In this document: one piece after another, positions 1-9,962 of the stretch
How the letters are laid out: every line of letters starts with the position of its first letter
How positions within the stretch are numbered: the stretch's first letter is position 1
Source: an uncultured delta proteobacterium
Lineage (GTDB): Bacteria > Desulfobacterota > Desulfobacteria > Desulfobacterales > JAFDCJ01
Direction: 5' to 3'
NCBI GenBank assembly: GCA_963821065.1
Contig: CAWGCM010000011.1
Span: forward strand, 112,992 to 176,991
Length of the DNA: 64,000 nt
Notes under the pieces: model-generated
The model's database searches: none
Told to the model about the DNA's origin: nothing
Seen by the model: the letters and a program-made list of their open reading frames with translations, nothing else
Translations under genes and position numbers: made by a program

Positions 1-408
1 GTCGAAATCGACACTTCTACAGAGGAAAGCGTCAGGGCAGGCTCTGAGACGATCTTAATCGTTGATGACGAAGATCAAGTTTTAGATGCCTGCCGGGCCA
101 TGCTGAAACAGTTGGGCTATAACACCATACTGGCCAAAAACGGTAATGAGGCTGTAGAGATATTTCAGAAAGAAAATGCTAATATCGACTTGATCATTTT
201 AGATATGATTATGCCCGGAATGGACGGTCTGACAGCTTATGAACATTTGAAAGATATAAATGCGAATGTTAAGGTGATATTGTCGAGCGGTTACAGCATT
301 ACAGATAAGGTTAAAGAAATAGTGGCGAAGGGTTGTGATGAATTCATTCAGAAACCATTTACTTTGGGCCAGATTTCCCAAGTTACCAGGGAACTGCTCG
401 ACAGCTAG
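1..408 (+). CDS. Receiver (REC) domain at the C-terminal end of a hybrid sensor kinase/response regulator; the 5' end lies outside the window
   Basis: Frame 1 is open from base 1 (VEIDTSTEE..ETILIVDDEDQVLD). Receiver signature DD...D(ILDMIMPGMDG)...K(QKPF). Stop at 406-408. Confidence 0.8.
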   Translation, partial: VEIDTSTEESVRAGSETILIVDDEDQVLDACRAMLKQLGYNTILAKNGNEAVEIFQKENANIDLIILDMIMPGMDGLTAYEHLKDINANVKVILSSGYSITDKVKEIVAKGCDEFIQKPFTLGQISQVTRELLDS

Positions 409-698
409 TCTAAAATTCAAACCGACCGGGATTCACTCGGCTGCCATATCCAATTCGGGGCACTATAGTTCTTTGTGCTGAAGAAAGTCATTCACAGTCT
501 GGGTTTTCACAATTAATTTTGTGCCTCATCAGGAATAAATCCCCCATGCCGATCGGTATTCTGGATAAATTATAGTTTGCCATCTTCTCAAAATGCCAAT
601 TCTAAAATCGGCATTTGCCTTCTGATTGTTGGGTCGAAGTCCAAGGGCGAAAACGGGCCTGCCGCGTCGTAGTCATACCGAAGCGTGACGAAGACGGG

Positions 699-1736
699 TC
701 ATCTGACATCTTTCTTCTGCCCTCTGTCCTCTGACCTCTGTCTTTCATAGGCCCGAAGCGCTTCCTCCCTTAAACGCTCTTCTTCTCCCGTGTATCTATG
801 GGAAAAATGAAATACCGAGAATTGTTTTACCCTGGCCCTGGCGGCCAGCATTCCAGCCTGCCCGGCGGTGAGATGATTTTTTTCAGCGGCGATATCCTTA
901 TGGGTGTTCAGAAAGGCCGCTTCGATAAAAAGGTGATCTGATCCTTCTGCCAGCGTAACAATCCTCTCGGCGTTGGATTGATTGTACGCCACGTCGGTGA
1001 TGTAGGCTATTTTCTGACCCGGTGTGATAAGGGCGATTTTAGCGGCAAGTTCTCCCAAAGAAAAATACCTGGCGTTTTCGCCGGGGCCAAACCGCAATTC
1101 CAATTTCGTTTCAGGATCAGATTTGCTGTATAACGCCTGTTTAAAATCAGCCAGCCAGGGACCTGGTTCAAGTCCCAGCTTTTTTAGTCCATCTTTAAGG
1201 ATGTTGACGTGAAAGTGTTCTTTGATGGCCAATCCCATGCAGGGGATGCCGTGATCGAGAATGGCGGCTGTGACCGTAAATCCCGGCTCCTCATAAAGGA
1301 TCCCGTTAAACGGTTGCTCGACGGATTTATTCGCGGGTATAAATTTGTCACGGCAGCGGTATCGCCGGTAGACGGTGGATTGTGAATTGACTTCGGTGAT
1401 GTCTAAATTGAGGGGGTAATTGAAATTGCCAACCAGATTCCAGGCATACCCGGCCAGTTTGCCTTCAACATTTTTTATAAAACCTTCGGGGCCGAAAAGC
1501 GCAAGGGTTTTTTCACGTCCCAGCAAGGTTCGCAGGAGACGATCAAAGCCGATGAAATGATCCATATGGGTGTGGGTAACAAAGGCATGACTGATTTTGA
1601 GCAGATTCCTGGCCGACAAACAGATGATGTCACCGAGATCAAAAATTATGGCACGGTGTTGAAAATGAAATGGAATATATAGCCCGGGGTCGTCAAAAGG
1701 ACCGTTGATTAGCCTGGGATGAAAGCGGGGGCGCAT
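699..1736 (-). CDS. MBL-fold metallo-hydrolase (RNase Z / beta-lactamase superfamily)
   Basis: 345-aa ORF with the HTHMDH metal-binding motif. The last ~15 codons (RSEDRGQKKDVR) are a translated CAGAGG-type simple repeat, so the true C-terminus is uncertain. Confidence 0.75.
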   Translation of the reverse strand: MRPRFHPRLINGPFDDPGLYIPFHFQHRAIIFDLGDIICLSARNLLKISHAFVTHTHMDHFIGFDRLLRTLLGREKTLALFGPEGFIKNVEGKLAGYAWNLVGNFNYPLNLDITEVNSQSTVYRRYRCRDKFIPANKSVEQPFNGILYEEPGFTVTAAILDHGIPCMGLAIKEHFHVNILKDGLKKLGLEPGPWLADFKQALYSKSDPETKLELRFGPGENARYFSLGELAAKIALITPGQKIAYITDVAYNQSNAERIVTLAEGSDHLFIEAAFLNTHKDIAAEKNHLTAGQAGMLAARARVKQFSVFHFSHRYTGEEERLREEALRAYERQRSEDRGQKKDVR

Positions 1737-2158
1737 TATAGCGGCAGAAATTTTTTAACTTGCTGGTTGATGGCGAAATACAAGTCTTCATCAGAACCGT
1801 ATATGTCCACCACATCCTTATGGTCGATCAGTTTTTCGATAACGTATGCGGTCACATAGAGACTAACAATTTGCGGCTGTGGAACCAGATTGCGAATCGG
1901 TGCGATCTGATAATCAATATCAAAATCGTCCATGCGCGTCATTTTGTCCAGGCACCCTCTTATTTGCTCTTCAAAGGAATTTTGACTGGTTGTCTCAACC
2001 AGTTTTTTTTCAATCAGCTTCGAGGAAATGGCATTGGCAAGGGGTTCCGAGCAATCGCGAACCCTGCTGATTGCCAGACGGCGCATGTGCTCTTTGGTTG
2101 ATTCTATTTTGGATAAGATGCTTGATTCGCGAGAACTGGGTCTGAATACCTTGGCCAT
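1736..2158 (-). CDS. Hypothetical protein (140 aa)
   Basis: Clean ORF whose stop overlaps the MBL start by 1 nt (TAATG), suggesting an operon. No family recognised. Confidence 0.45.
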   Translation of the reverse strand: MAKVFRPSSRESSILSKIESTKEHMRRLAISRVRDCSEPLANAISSKLIEKKLVETTSQNSFEEQIRGCLDKMTRMDDFDIDYQIAPIRNLVPQPQIVSLYVTAYVIEKLIDHKDVVDIYGSDEDLYFAINQQVKKFLPL

Positions 2159-2418
2159 GGCACACTACCTTTTTCTGATTTCCGTATTCTGGCAGGTTTA
2201 ACTTAAGGCTGTTCTTCCAGGGCAGACAAAAGCCCCGGTTCACACCATCTATTGATGCGGGCATAATAATGGTTAGCAAACAGGATTGCAAGTAAAAATG
2301 TAGGTAGCCGTTCAAAGGTTCAGGGTTATTCCGGAACCCCCGAACCTCTTATGAAACTACATTAATCCAATGTCATTCTCGTGAACTTCCACACGTGGTT
2401 ACATAGATCGGGATTCGT

Positions 2419-2493
2419 CGTCGTCCTCGTACTCGTCCCTCGTCCTCGATGAAATTTTGATTCTTGAGGACGAGCACGAGAACGAGGACGATA
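2419..2493. repeat. Long imperfect hairpin built from CGTCCTCG/CGAGGACG words
   Basis: The left arm (2419-2449) and right arm (2464-2493) are reverse complements at about 25 of 30 positions, with a 14-nt AT-rich loop. Lies downstream of recJ. Confidence 0.7.
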
Positions 2494-2525
2494 CGTATCA
2501 GATTCGATCACCTGAAAGCGCCCAT

Positions 2526-2710
2526 ATATGAAACTTCAGTTTCTTCTACGATCAGACTGGCCGCTGTTCAGGTTAGAGGCGGCGCTCGTGTGAAACTAGA
2601 TTACCAAAGTTTCTTTTGTGATTAGACTGGCCGCCCTCCTGGGGCCGGTAAGCTTTTCAAGTCAGCGGCGGCGCTGAACCCAGAACTCAGAACCTCTGAA
2701 CCTCTGAACG
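2526..2710. repeat. Two tandem ~65-90-nt units followed by GAACCTCT simple repeats
   Basis: The pattern TGAAACT..GTTTCTT..GAT.AGACTGGCCGC...GGCGGCGCT occurs twice (about 2528 and 2589). It is followed by cagaactcagaacctctgaacctctgaac. Confidence 0.6.
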
Positions 2711-2713
2711 GTA

Positions 2714-4432
2714 TTATTGCAGGTCTTCCACTACGATCTGGTTCGCTTTTTTGCCGTTCCATCGATTCCAGTGAAGCCTGAAGACTATCTGATCAAAGTG
2801 AATTTTTTTTGCATCTTCGTCATTGACATTGAAATGGATGGCAGGGATTGTCACGGCCGTGTATCCTGATGCCTGGCTTAAAATCATACGTCGATGACTT
2901 TTACCGACGATTTTAGAGTTTACAACTTTCACATTTCGGGCCAGAAAGAGCGGTTCGGAGTTGCCGGCGCCAAAAGGCATTAACAATTCCAATTCATCGA
3001 TGAGATCATCTGAAATTGCAGTAAAATCCAGTTCACTGTCAATTTGCAAAGAAGGTATTAAGGCCTCCGGCGACGTTGTGCGCTGGATTTCTTTTTCGAA
3101 TGCGTCTTGAAAGTCGGCAATTTTTTCCTCCCGGATCAGCAGCCCGGCTGCCATGGCATGACCCCCGAAGTTTTCAAGAAACGGACCGCAGGCGGTCAGG
3201 GCATCATACAGATTGAGTCCCTCCACACTTCTGGCAGAGCCCTTACCCATACCATCCTGCACTGAAATAAGGACCACCGGTCGATGATAGCTGTGCATTA
3301 TCCGGGAGGCCACAATTCCCAGGACCCCGGCATGCCAACCCTGCCGATATAAAACCAGAGATCGCCGGCGGAGCAATGACGGGTTGTTGTCTATAAACCG
3401 CTGAAGGTCTGCTATGATTCCTTTTTCAATGTCCTGTCTTTTGCGATTCAGCAAATTCAGCGTCTGTGCTGTTTTATCTGCCGCAACGGCGTCTTTGGCG
3501 ATCAATAGATCAACCGCCCGGGTCGCGTGGTCCATGCGGCCGGCGGCATTTAGCCGGGGGGCCAGCCTGAATGCGATATCCTCGGCACTCAGGGACTGGT
3601 TTTGGATGGCGCTGGCCTCCAGCAACGCTGTCAAACCGGGGCGATGACCGGCCTTGATCAGTTCAAGGCCGGTTTTACTCAGGATACGGTTTTCTTCGAT
3701 GAGCGGCACCATATCGGCCACTGTACCGAGAGCCACCAGGTCACAATATTCTTTTAGATTGGGTTCCGGGCGCACATCCCAATACCCGACCTCCCGCAGA
3801 CGGGCTCTCAGGCAGATTAACAGAAAGAAGGCCACACCGACACCGGCCAGGTTTTGCAGGCCCGCATTGCAGTCATGGCGCTTGGGGTTTATCACCGCCA
3901 GCGCGGGAGGGATGTCTTCAGAAATGTTGTGGTGATCCGTGATAATCATGTCAATGCCGAATCTGTTGGCAGCCTCCGCTGCCTGATGGCTGCCGGAACC
4001 GCAGTCGGCGGTGATGATCAAATCAAATTGATTGGGACGGACGTAATGAGCTATATGCCTGGGCTGTATGCTGTAACCCTCCGCAATCCGATGGGGGATA
4101 TAATAGGAAACATCAGCGCCGACATAACTCAAAAAGTTCAGCAGGATAACAACGGCCGTGACCCCGTCGGCATCATAGTCGCCAAAGATCAAAATTTTTT
4201 CATGGTCGATAATTGCTTTCTGGATGCGGTCGACTGCTGCATCCATGTCCTTCAGGGAAAAGGGCGGGCGTAAATTATTCAAGGAGGTATTTAAAAAACG
4301 CTGGGCATCGGTCAGCGTAAGAATATCGCGGTTGACCAGAACTGCGGCGGCGATGGGATGATAGTTCAACTCCCGGCTCAGTTTTTCAACAACACCCGGA
4401 TCGGGCCGATGCATTTGCCAATGTTGTTTCAT
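2714..4432 (-). CDS. recJ: Single-stranded-DNA-specific exonuclease RecJ
   Basis: 572 aa with DHH-family motifs (IFGDYDADGVTA, ITDHH), a DHHA1 region (GGHAMAAG) and an OB-like C-terminus. Confidence 0.93.
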   Translation of the reverse strand: MKQHWQMHRPDPGVVEKLSRELNYHPIAAAVLVNRDILTLTDAQRFLNTSLNNLRPPFSLKDMDAAVDRIQKAIIDHEKILIFGDYDADGVTAVVILLNFLSYVGADVSYYIPHRIAEGYSIQPRHIAHYVRPNQFDLIITADCGSGSHQAAEAANRFGIDMIITDHHNISEDIPPALAVINPKRHDCNAGLQNLAGVGVAFFLLICLRARLREVGYWDVRPEPNLKEYCDLVALGTVADMVPLIEENRILSKTGLELIKAGHRPGLTALLEASAIQNQSLSAEDIAFRLAPRLNAAGRMDHATRAVDLLIAKDAVAADKTAQTLNLLNRKRQDIEKGIIADLQRFIDNNPSLLRRRSLVLYRQGWHAGVLGIVASRIMHSYHRPVVLISVQDGMGKGSARSVEGLNLYDALTACGPFLENFGGHAMAAGLLIREEKIADFQDAFEKEIQRTTSPEALIPSLQIDSELDFTAISDDLIDELELLMPFGAGNSEPLFLARNVKVVNSKIVGKSHRRMILSQASGYTAVTIPAIHFNVNDEDAKKIHFDQIVFRLHWNRWNGKKANQIVVEDLQ

Positions 4433-4477
4433 GAATGCGCCCTATATCCTAGATTGGAACGCCAGACAACCCAAAAC

Positions 4478-4587
4478 GATTTGGGATTGCGGATTTACTA
4501 GGTGGTTGATCCTGGTTAAATTCATTGCGCTGATCTGACGATATTTAACTGGATGAATTAAGTTGATTGGTGAATAGTTGATTAAGT
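4478..4587. repeat. Word-type intergenic repeat (GATTTGGGATTGCGGATTT ... GAATAGTTGATTAAG)
   Basis: Shares both end motifs with 24546-24700. GTTGATTAAG-type words also occur at 9432-9465. Confidence 0.6.
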
Positions 4588-4698
4588 ATTTAGGTTTACT
4601 ATTATATTCCTCTCACCCTTCTGCTTTTTTATTGAAAAAGACCATGATATGATTATACTATCTAATCAGCGCAGAATTTAATCCATACTAAAAAAACT

Positions 4699-5022
4699 TT
4701 GGGCCATGGGGTAATCCTAATTCTTGCCAGGTCAGCCAATCCTGTGTCTATCGAAACCATCAAGCGGTATTACCGCGTTGACCGCCGGGAAATCGCCTTC
4801 ATAAAGTTTATCTTCGAGGCCTATGATGGTATTGCAGTACTGGAAACACTGGATCCGGTAGCCGGCATCGTTGTTTTTCACATTGCACCCGGCTGTGAGC
4901 GCGATGTAGAGGCAATCCTGCAGGATTTGAAAAAGGAAATCGTGATCGAACCGGCTCATGTCCAAAATGAGTTGGCGCGCGGGAAAATTAGCAGCGCTCT
5001 AGCGAAAGAACGCTTATGGTAA
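4699..5022 (+). CDS. DUF4911 domain-containing protein
   Basis: 107 aa with a TTG start. The IAFIKFIFEAYDGIAVLETLD pattern is typical of DUF4911, and the gene overlaps the miaB start as in related genomes (family recall). Confidence 0.6.
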   Translation: MGHGVILILARSANPVSIETIKRYYRVDRREIAFIKFIFEAYDGIAVLETLDPVAGIVVFHIAPGCERDVEAILQDLKKEIVIEPAHVQNELARGKISSALAKERLW

Positions 5023-6437
5023 CTAAGTACCTGTATTTAAACACCATCGGCTGTCAGATGAATGTTTATGATTCCGAGCAAATTGCCATGCAACTGGCGG
5101 CGCTGGGGTATCAGCAGACATCGTCTCTGGAAATGGCGGATCTGGTGATTGTGAACACTTGTACCATCCGTGCCAAAGCTGAGCAAAAAGCCTTCAGCTT
5201 TCTGGGGCGACTGGCGAGACTAAAAACAAAGAAGCCGGGTCTTATTTCCGCTGTCGGCGGCTGCGTGGCCCAGCAGGAAGGCGAGAAAATTTTCAAACGG
5301 GTTCCTTACCTTGATCTCGTATTTGGAACCCAGGCTATTGATCGGTTGCCGTACTTAATTCAAAAAATAGAAAAAAAACGCTGTCGGGTCGTCGATATCG
5401 AGCAGACGGATAAACCCCGATTCCCGGAGGCCAAGGACATTATCGCCCCCGCAGTCCAGACATCCCGGTTTGTAACCATCATGCGGGGCTGCGACAATTT
5501 TTGCTCGTATTGTGTGGTACCCTATGTGCGGGGCAGAGAAACCAGCCGGCATCCGGATGTTATTGTTAATGAAATCCAGGAACTTGCTCGATCCGGCCTC
5601 AAAGAAGTCACTTTGCTCGGGCAGAATGTTAACAGTTATGGGAAAAAAGAGGGATTGTGTTCCTTTACGGAATTGCTCTCGCGGGTCAGTCAAATCGGGC
5701 AGCTTTTGCGGATACGGTTCACAACCTCCCATCCCAAGGATTTTGATGAGGACTTGATAAATGCTTTTCGCACCAATGCAAAACTATGCGATCATATTCA
5801 CTTGCCGGTCCAATCAGGGTCTAATCGAGTGCTAAAGCGCATGAATCGCAAATATACCAAAGAGCAGTATCTTGACAAAGTTGCTAAACTCAGAGATACT
5901 TGTCCTGCTATCGCGATTACCTCCGATATTATTGTCGGGTTTCCGGGCGAGTCGGAGGCTGATTTTGATGAAACCCTGGATTTGATCCGGACCATCGAAT
6001 TTGACGGACTTTTCGCCTTTAACTACTCTGATCGCCCCAACGCACCGGCTGCGAAATTTGAAGAAAAGGTGTCGGACCAGCAAATGAAGAAACGACTGCA
6101 AATTCTCCTCGATCTACAAGAAACATTTACGAAAAAGAAAAATCAGGCCCTGGTCGGCACCTGTTTGCCGATCCTGATCGAGGGGTTCAGTAAACGACAT
6201 TCTTCGGGCAACTTGAGTCAGCCGCATCTGGCTGCCCAGTGGACAGGGCGCACATCTACAAACAAAATCGTAAATTTTTATCGAGATGGCAATTCTGAAA
6301 GCTGTGATGACGTGTCTCCGGGGCAATTGGTTGATATAAAAATTGAAAAGGCGTATGCTCATTCTCTGTGGGGCAAACCGGTTGAATGCCAGGCTGCAGC
6401 CCAGGGATTGAAAGGAGAAAGAAGTTATGCTGCATAA
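5016..6437 (+). CDS. miaB: tRNA-i6A37 methylthiotransferase MiaB (radical SAM)
   Basis: 473 aa with an N-terminal UPF0004 Cys triad (NTIGCQMN..NTCTIR), the radical-SAM motif CDNFCSYC and a TRAM-like C-terminus. Confidence 0.93.
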   Translation: MVTKYLYLNTIGCQMNVYDSEQIAMQLAALGYQQTSSLEMADLVIVNTCTIRAKAEQKAFSFLGRLARLKTKKPGLISAVGGCVAQQEGEKIFKRVPYLDLVFGTQAIDRLPYLIQKIEKKRCRVVDIEQTDKPRFPEAKDIIAPAVQTSRFVTIMRGCDNFCSYCVVPYVRGRETSRHPDVIVNEIQELARSGLKEVTLLGQNVNSYGKKEGLCSFTELLSRVSQIGQLLRIRFTTSHPKDFDEDLINAFRTNAKLCDHIHLPVQSGSNRVLKRMNRKYTKEQYLDKVAKLRDTCPAIAITSDIIVGFPGESEADFDETLDLIRTIEFDGLFAFNYSDRPNAPAAKFEEKVSDQQMKKRLQILLDLQETFTKKKNQALVGTCLPILIEGFSKRHSSGNLSQPHLAAQWTGRTSTNKIVNFYRDGNSESCDDVSPGQLVDIKIEKAYAHSLWGKPVECQAAAQGLKGERSYAA

Positions 6438-6924
6438 AGTTAGCATAGCAGGTCTGACAATGGATCCAGCATCGAATACCCCTATAATCATTCTTAAATC
6501 AGAAGAGGATGAGCAAGCGGTCCCCATCTGGATAGGATTGCTCGAAGCTACCTCCATTGCCTCAGCCCTACAAAATATAAAATATGATCGTCCCATGACC
6601 CATGACCTCTTAAAAAACTTCGCAGATACCATGCAAATTTCAATCGTAAAGGTTGAGGTCTGTGACTTAAAAGATAACACTTTTTACGCCCGAATTTATT
6701 TCGTTTCCAAGGATCAGAGTTTCGATATTGATGCCCGTCCGAGCGATGCCATAGCACTGGCATTACGGTTTAAAGCCCCGATCTATGTCGAAGATTCAGT
6801 TATGCAAAAATCTAAACTAACTGATGGCGAAGCCGAAGTGTTCGATACCAGCGAAGAAGGTAAAAAATGGGCGGATTACCTTGAAAATCTGTCGCGAGAT
6901 GATTTCGGAAAATACAAAGTATAG
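6427..6924 (+). CDS. Bifunctional nuclease (BFN/DUF151) family protein
   Basis: 165 aa containing PIWIGLLEATSIASAL...RPMTHDLL and ARPSDAIALALR motifs. Overlaps the miaB stop. Confidence 0.8.
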   Translation: MLHKVSIAGLTMDPASNTPIIILKSEEDEQAVPIWIGLLEATSIASALQNIKYDRPMTHDLLKNFADTMQISIVKVEVCDLKDNTFYARIYFVSKDQSFDIDARPSDAIALALRFKAPIYVEDSVMQKSKLTDGEAEVFDTSEEGKKWADYLENLSRDDFGKYKV

Positions 6925-7011
6925 CCACTGAGCCAACCCAAATATGCATTAGACGCCAAACTAAGGAGATCGTTTCGAGTCAGGGTTTTTGTCGGATTTA
7001 CACCTAAAAGC

Positions 7012-7044
7012 AAAAGCGCCTTGTAAATTGCAGGCGCTTTTTTT
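7012..7044 (+). terminator. Rho-independent terminator after the miaB/BFN operon
   Basis: Stem GCGCCT / AGGCGC with a 10-nt loop, followed by TTTTTTT. Confidence 0.7.
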
Positions 7045-7316
7045 GTGCGTCTGTTCAGCATTTCGAGTTTTTCTGCACCAATTCGTAAAATCCTTAAAAA
7101 GGGAAGATTTCCAAAGATAATGAAATAAAGCCTGATTGTTCATAACTTGTTAATAACTCCTGATCTATTTAAAATCTTAAAGAATAATTCTTTGGCGATG
7201 AAACTGTTGGTTTGAAAGCCATGAGATCAAATTTCATGTTATCTGAAATAAATTCATTAGGATATATTCTGTTGATAACTTTTATCGATAGATTCGAAAA
7301 ACATCGATAATCGGGT

Positions 7317-7344
7317 TTGACACCAGTGCATGGATTTCTATAAA
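7317..7344 (+). promoter_or_regulatory. Sigma70-like promoter
   Basis: TTGACA (7317-7322), 16-nt spacer, TATAAA (7339-7344). This implies a leader of about 250 nt before the response-regulator ATG. Confidence 0.4.
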
Positions 7345-7592
7345 ACGCCCTGGGTATTCTTACTTTATGTAAATGTTCAAAAACTTTCAGAACGTCATAC
7401 CATCTATCGGATAACCTCTGCCCGGATAGCTGGCAGTGAGTGTCACCCTCGTTACCAAAACAGGTTGAGGCACTGTATATAGTTGTTTGTTAACCGCCAA
7501 TACACAATATGTAGTTGACATCCTCTGAGAATTTGGATAAGATAAACCAATATTCTACCGTTGAAACTTCGCAAACTTATTGGAGAAAAGCT

Positions 7593-7964
7593 ATGCCCAC
7601 AGTCCTGGTTATTGACGATGAAAAAGGAATTTTGCAGATCATACGTCAGACCTTAACCAAATTCGGTCACAATGTTGAAACAGCAGCTGATGGTCAGGAA
7701 GGGATCCGCAAGTTTGATGATGGCAGTTTTGATATTGTGATTACCGATATTCGTATGCCCGGTATTGACGGCAACGGTGTCGTGAACCATATCCGCAAAT
7801 CTGAGAAACAATCCATTCCTGTAATTGCGATATCCGGGACCCCGTGGCTGATGGAAAGCAGCGCGTTTGACATGGTTTTAGCAAAACCGTTTCCCTTGAA
7901 AAAACTGGTTAAATCCATCGGAGCACTTGTACCGGCGCCTCCCCGGGCAGCGGTGGAAGCCTGA
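7593..7964 (+). CDS. Single-domain response regulator (CheY-like receiver)
   Basis: MPTVLVIDDEKG..ITDIRMPGIDG..AKPF. The ATG at 7593 is preceded by GGAGA, and the upstream TTG extension looks spurious. Confidence 0.85.
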   Translation: MPTVLVIDDEKGILQIIRQTLTKFGHNVETAADGQEGIRKFDDGSFDIVITDIRMPGIDGNGVVNHIRKSEKQSIPVIAISGTPWLMESSAFDMVLAKPFPLKKLVKSIGALVPAPPRAAVEA

Positions 7965-8046
7965 GCACGGTTTCAAACATACTCCGGCCACCCGGGCTAC
8001 AGGGGTTGATGCCCTAAATTTTCAATTAATTCAGTTATTCAGCATA

Positions 8047-8080
8047 AAAGCGTCAAACGAGCTCAGTTTGACGCTTTTTT
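8047..8080. terminator. Bidirectional rho-independent terminator
   Basis: 12-bp stem AAAGCGTCAAAC / GTTTGACGCTTT with U-runs on both strands. Sits between two convergent genes. Confidence 0.75.
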
Positions 8081-8151
8081 CGGCTGCTGTAATTCGTGGT
8101 TTTTGGTGCCAATTCGTGGTTTCCAAATTTGAAGTGCCTGAAGTCATACTA

Positions 8152-9351
8152 TTATTTTATAAAGCGCCCATTCTCATAAATGCTGATGGTCTCGCCGGAC
8201 CTTAAATGGGCCGTAACTCGTTTTTTTTCTGTATTGACCAAATCCCAGTGAAGGGCCGATTCATTAAAGCCAAGATCCCGCTTGCGGCCCGGAGTTAATT
8301 TTTGGCTGTCTCCGGCATAGGTGTTGGCATAAGAGGAGCCCAGAGCAATATGGCAGTTGCCGTTTTTGCCGCCATAGTTTTCATCATACAGGGTATTGGC
8401 CATAAAATGGTCGATCCGTGAAAACCTTTTGTCCGTCAATGAAAATTCACCCAGTTTATCGGCACCTTTATCCATTTTTAGCTGTTTTTTGACAAAATCC
8501 TCCCCCACATCTGCCCCGATCAAGGTTGCCCGGCCATTTTTGAATTCCAGCCTTATTCCTTCCACACGGTTGCCGCTTCGATAAGAAGGCTGATCGGCGT
8601 AATATTTTCCTCTGATACCCCGCCAGTCAGGTGATAGAAAAATTTCAAAACTGGGTATATTGCGTCCGGATATACCGATCCACTGTCGTTTTGCTCCAGG
8701 GGTCACTTCGAGATCAATGTGTTTGGACTCGACATGGAAGTATTCTACCTTCAAAGAGTTTAACCATTTTTTAATGGATTGTGCATTTCTATAAACACGC
8801 CGCCATTCGGAGACCGGGGTGGTCTTGTTTAAAAAGCAGGCGTTGATGATTTGCCGGGTGTAGTTTTCCAGCGACAGGCCTGCCTGCCCGGCCAGTTCAG
8901 CGGTGGGATACACACATAACGTCCAGCTGAAGGCGCCGCGAGCTTCTCGCCGATTGAGAATATCGCGCAAATCCTTTTGGGCCACTGCGGCTTTTCCGAT
9001 TTTACCGGGCTCGATATCGCTTAGATGGGTGATCGATTCCGGTGCGTATAGAAAAATACTTCCATTGATCCGGGACATCAGTTGCTTTTCCCCGGGTGGT
9101 AAAAAGACAAGCTGCCTGTTGGTGGAAAGCAAATAAAACTGCCTTTCCATTATGGTGGTCGGACTCATGCGCTGGACGGGATGATATCCTCGGGCAAGCA
9201 GCCTGGCGTATAGAATTTCAGCCAGCCTGATCGCCGGTCGATGGTAGCGAATGAGAACGATATCGTCTCTTTTGAAGGGTGACGTCCGGGCGGTGCAGAG
9301 CCCCCACCACAGGACGTCGGCGTACCTTTCCAGTTGTTTATCGGTGAACAT
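8152..9351 (-). CDS. Aminopeptidase, M29 (thermophilic metalloprotease/PepS-like) family
   Basis: 399 aa. The N-terminus MFTDKQLERYADVLWWGL and overall pattern match the M29 family (family recall). Confidence 0.8.
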   Translation of the reverse strand: MFTDKQLERYADVLWWGLCTARTSPFKRDDIVLIRYHRPAIRLAEILYARLLARGYHPVQRMSPTTIMERQFYLLSTNRQLVFLPPGEKQLMSRINGSIFLYAPESITHLSDIEPGKIGKAAVAQKDLRDILNRREARGAFSWTLCVYPTAELAGQAGLSLENYTRQIINACFLNKTTPVSEWRRVYRNAQSIKKWLNSLKVEYFHVESKHIDLEVTPGAKRQWIGISGRNIPSFEIFLSPDWRGIRGKYYADQPSYRSGNRVEGIRLEFKNGRATLIGADVGEDFVKKQLKMDKGADKLGEFSLTDKRFSRIDHFMANTLYDENYGGKNGNCHIALGSSYANTYAGDSQKLTPGRKRDLGFNESALHWDLVNTEKKRVTAHLRSGETISIYENGRFIK

Positions 9352-9608
9352 CCTGTTCGTTCCTCTATAAATTCAGTTTCAGACCGGGGATAGTTAACAA
9401 TTGGATCAGTTCAGGCGTTTAGTTAAAGGCTGTTCAGTTGATTAGTTGATTAAGAATGTTAAGTCATTTTCGCCTTTTTAAAATGACAGAATTCGGTCTA
9501 ATCACATAAATTCGATGAACTCAATAAACGCTTATCCCCAGTGACCAGAAGGCAGCAAGCAACTATTATTCGCCGTCTTTGCAATCAGCTATGAGCTTTG
9601 AACCAATC

Positions 9609-9962
9609 TCAGTGGTCGTGATCCTCTTTGAGAAATAGAGTATGATACTCTGATTCCGTCAGATGTGTCTTCAGGAGGTGATTGATAAATTCAAACAGCT
9701 CCAAAAGCTCCTCTTCTGTCATTCTCTTGGTTATCATCGCCATGAACCTGTCGTCTGAAAATTTCTGCAAATAGTATGTGACAGTGTTTTCATCGGTTTC
9801 CCGGTCGAACCCATATCCAACCAGTCCCTTGTAAGTTTCAACAAATTCATGCGAATGTATCGGCATTTTAGTCCTTTGAATTGGTTTACCATTTCTAAAG
9901 ATATCCGCCCGCTGTGCCGAAAGTATATTACCGAATGAAAAAAATAAAGGAGAATCATCCAT
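9609..9962 (-). CDS. Hypothetical protein
   Basis: 117-aa ORF. The start may be the internal MPIHSHEF. No family recognised with confidence. Confidence 0.4.
   Translation of the reverse strand: MDDSPLFFSFGNILSAQRADIFRNGKPIQRTKMPIHSHEFVETYKGLVGYGFDRETDENTVTYYLQKFSDDRFMAMITKRMTEEELLELFEFINHLLKTHLTESEYHTLFLKEDHDH

Noticed and set aside
2526-2710. Possible CRISPR arrays here and in the other repeat-rich spacers (24546-24700, 25858-25933, 29117-29163).
   Set aside because: Units are not regularly spaced repeat-spacer-repeat. The words are 6-9 nt long and form inverted as well as direct arrangements. No cas genes are in the window.
3414-4273. Three ORFs of 77-139 aa on the plus strand inside recJ (3414-3647, 3654-3935, 3854-4273).
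   Set aside because: They are antisense to a full-length, motif-complete recJ. They are Ala/Arg/Ser-rich with no recognisable domains, which is typical of shadow ORFs.
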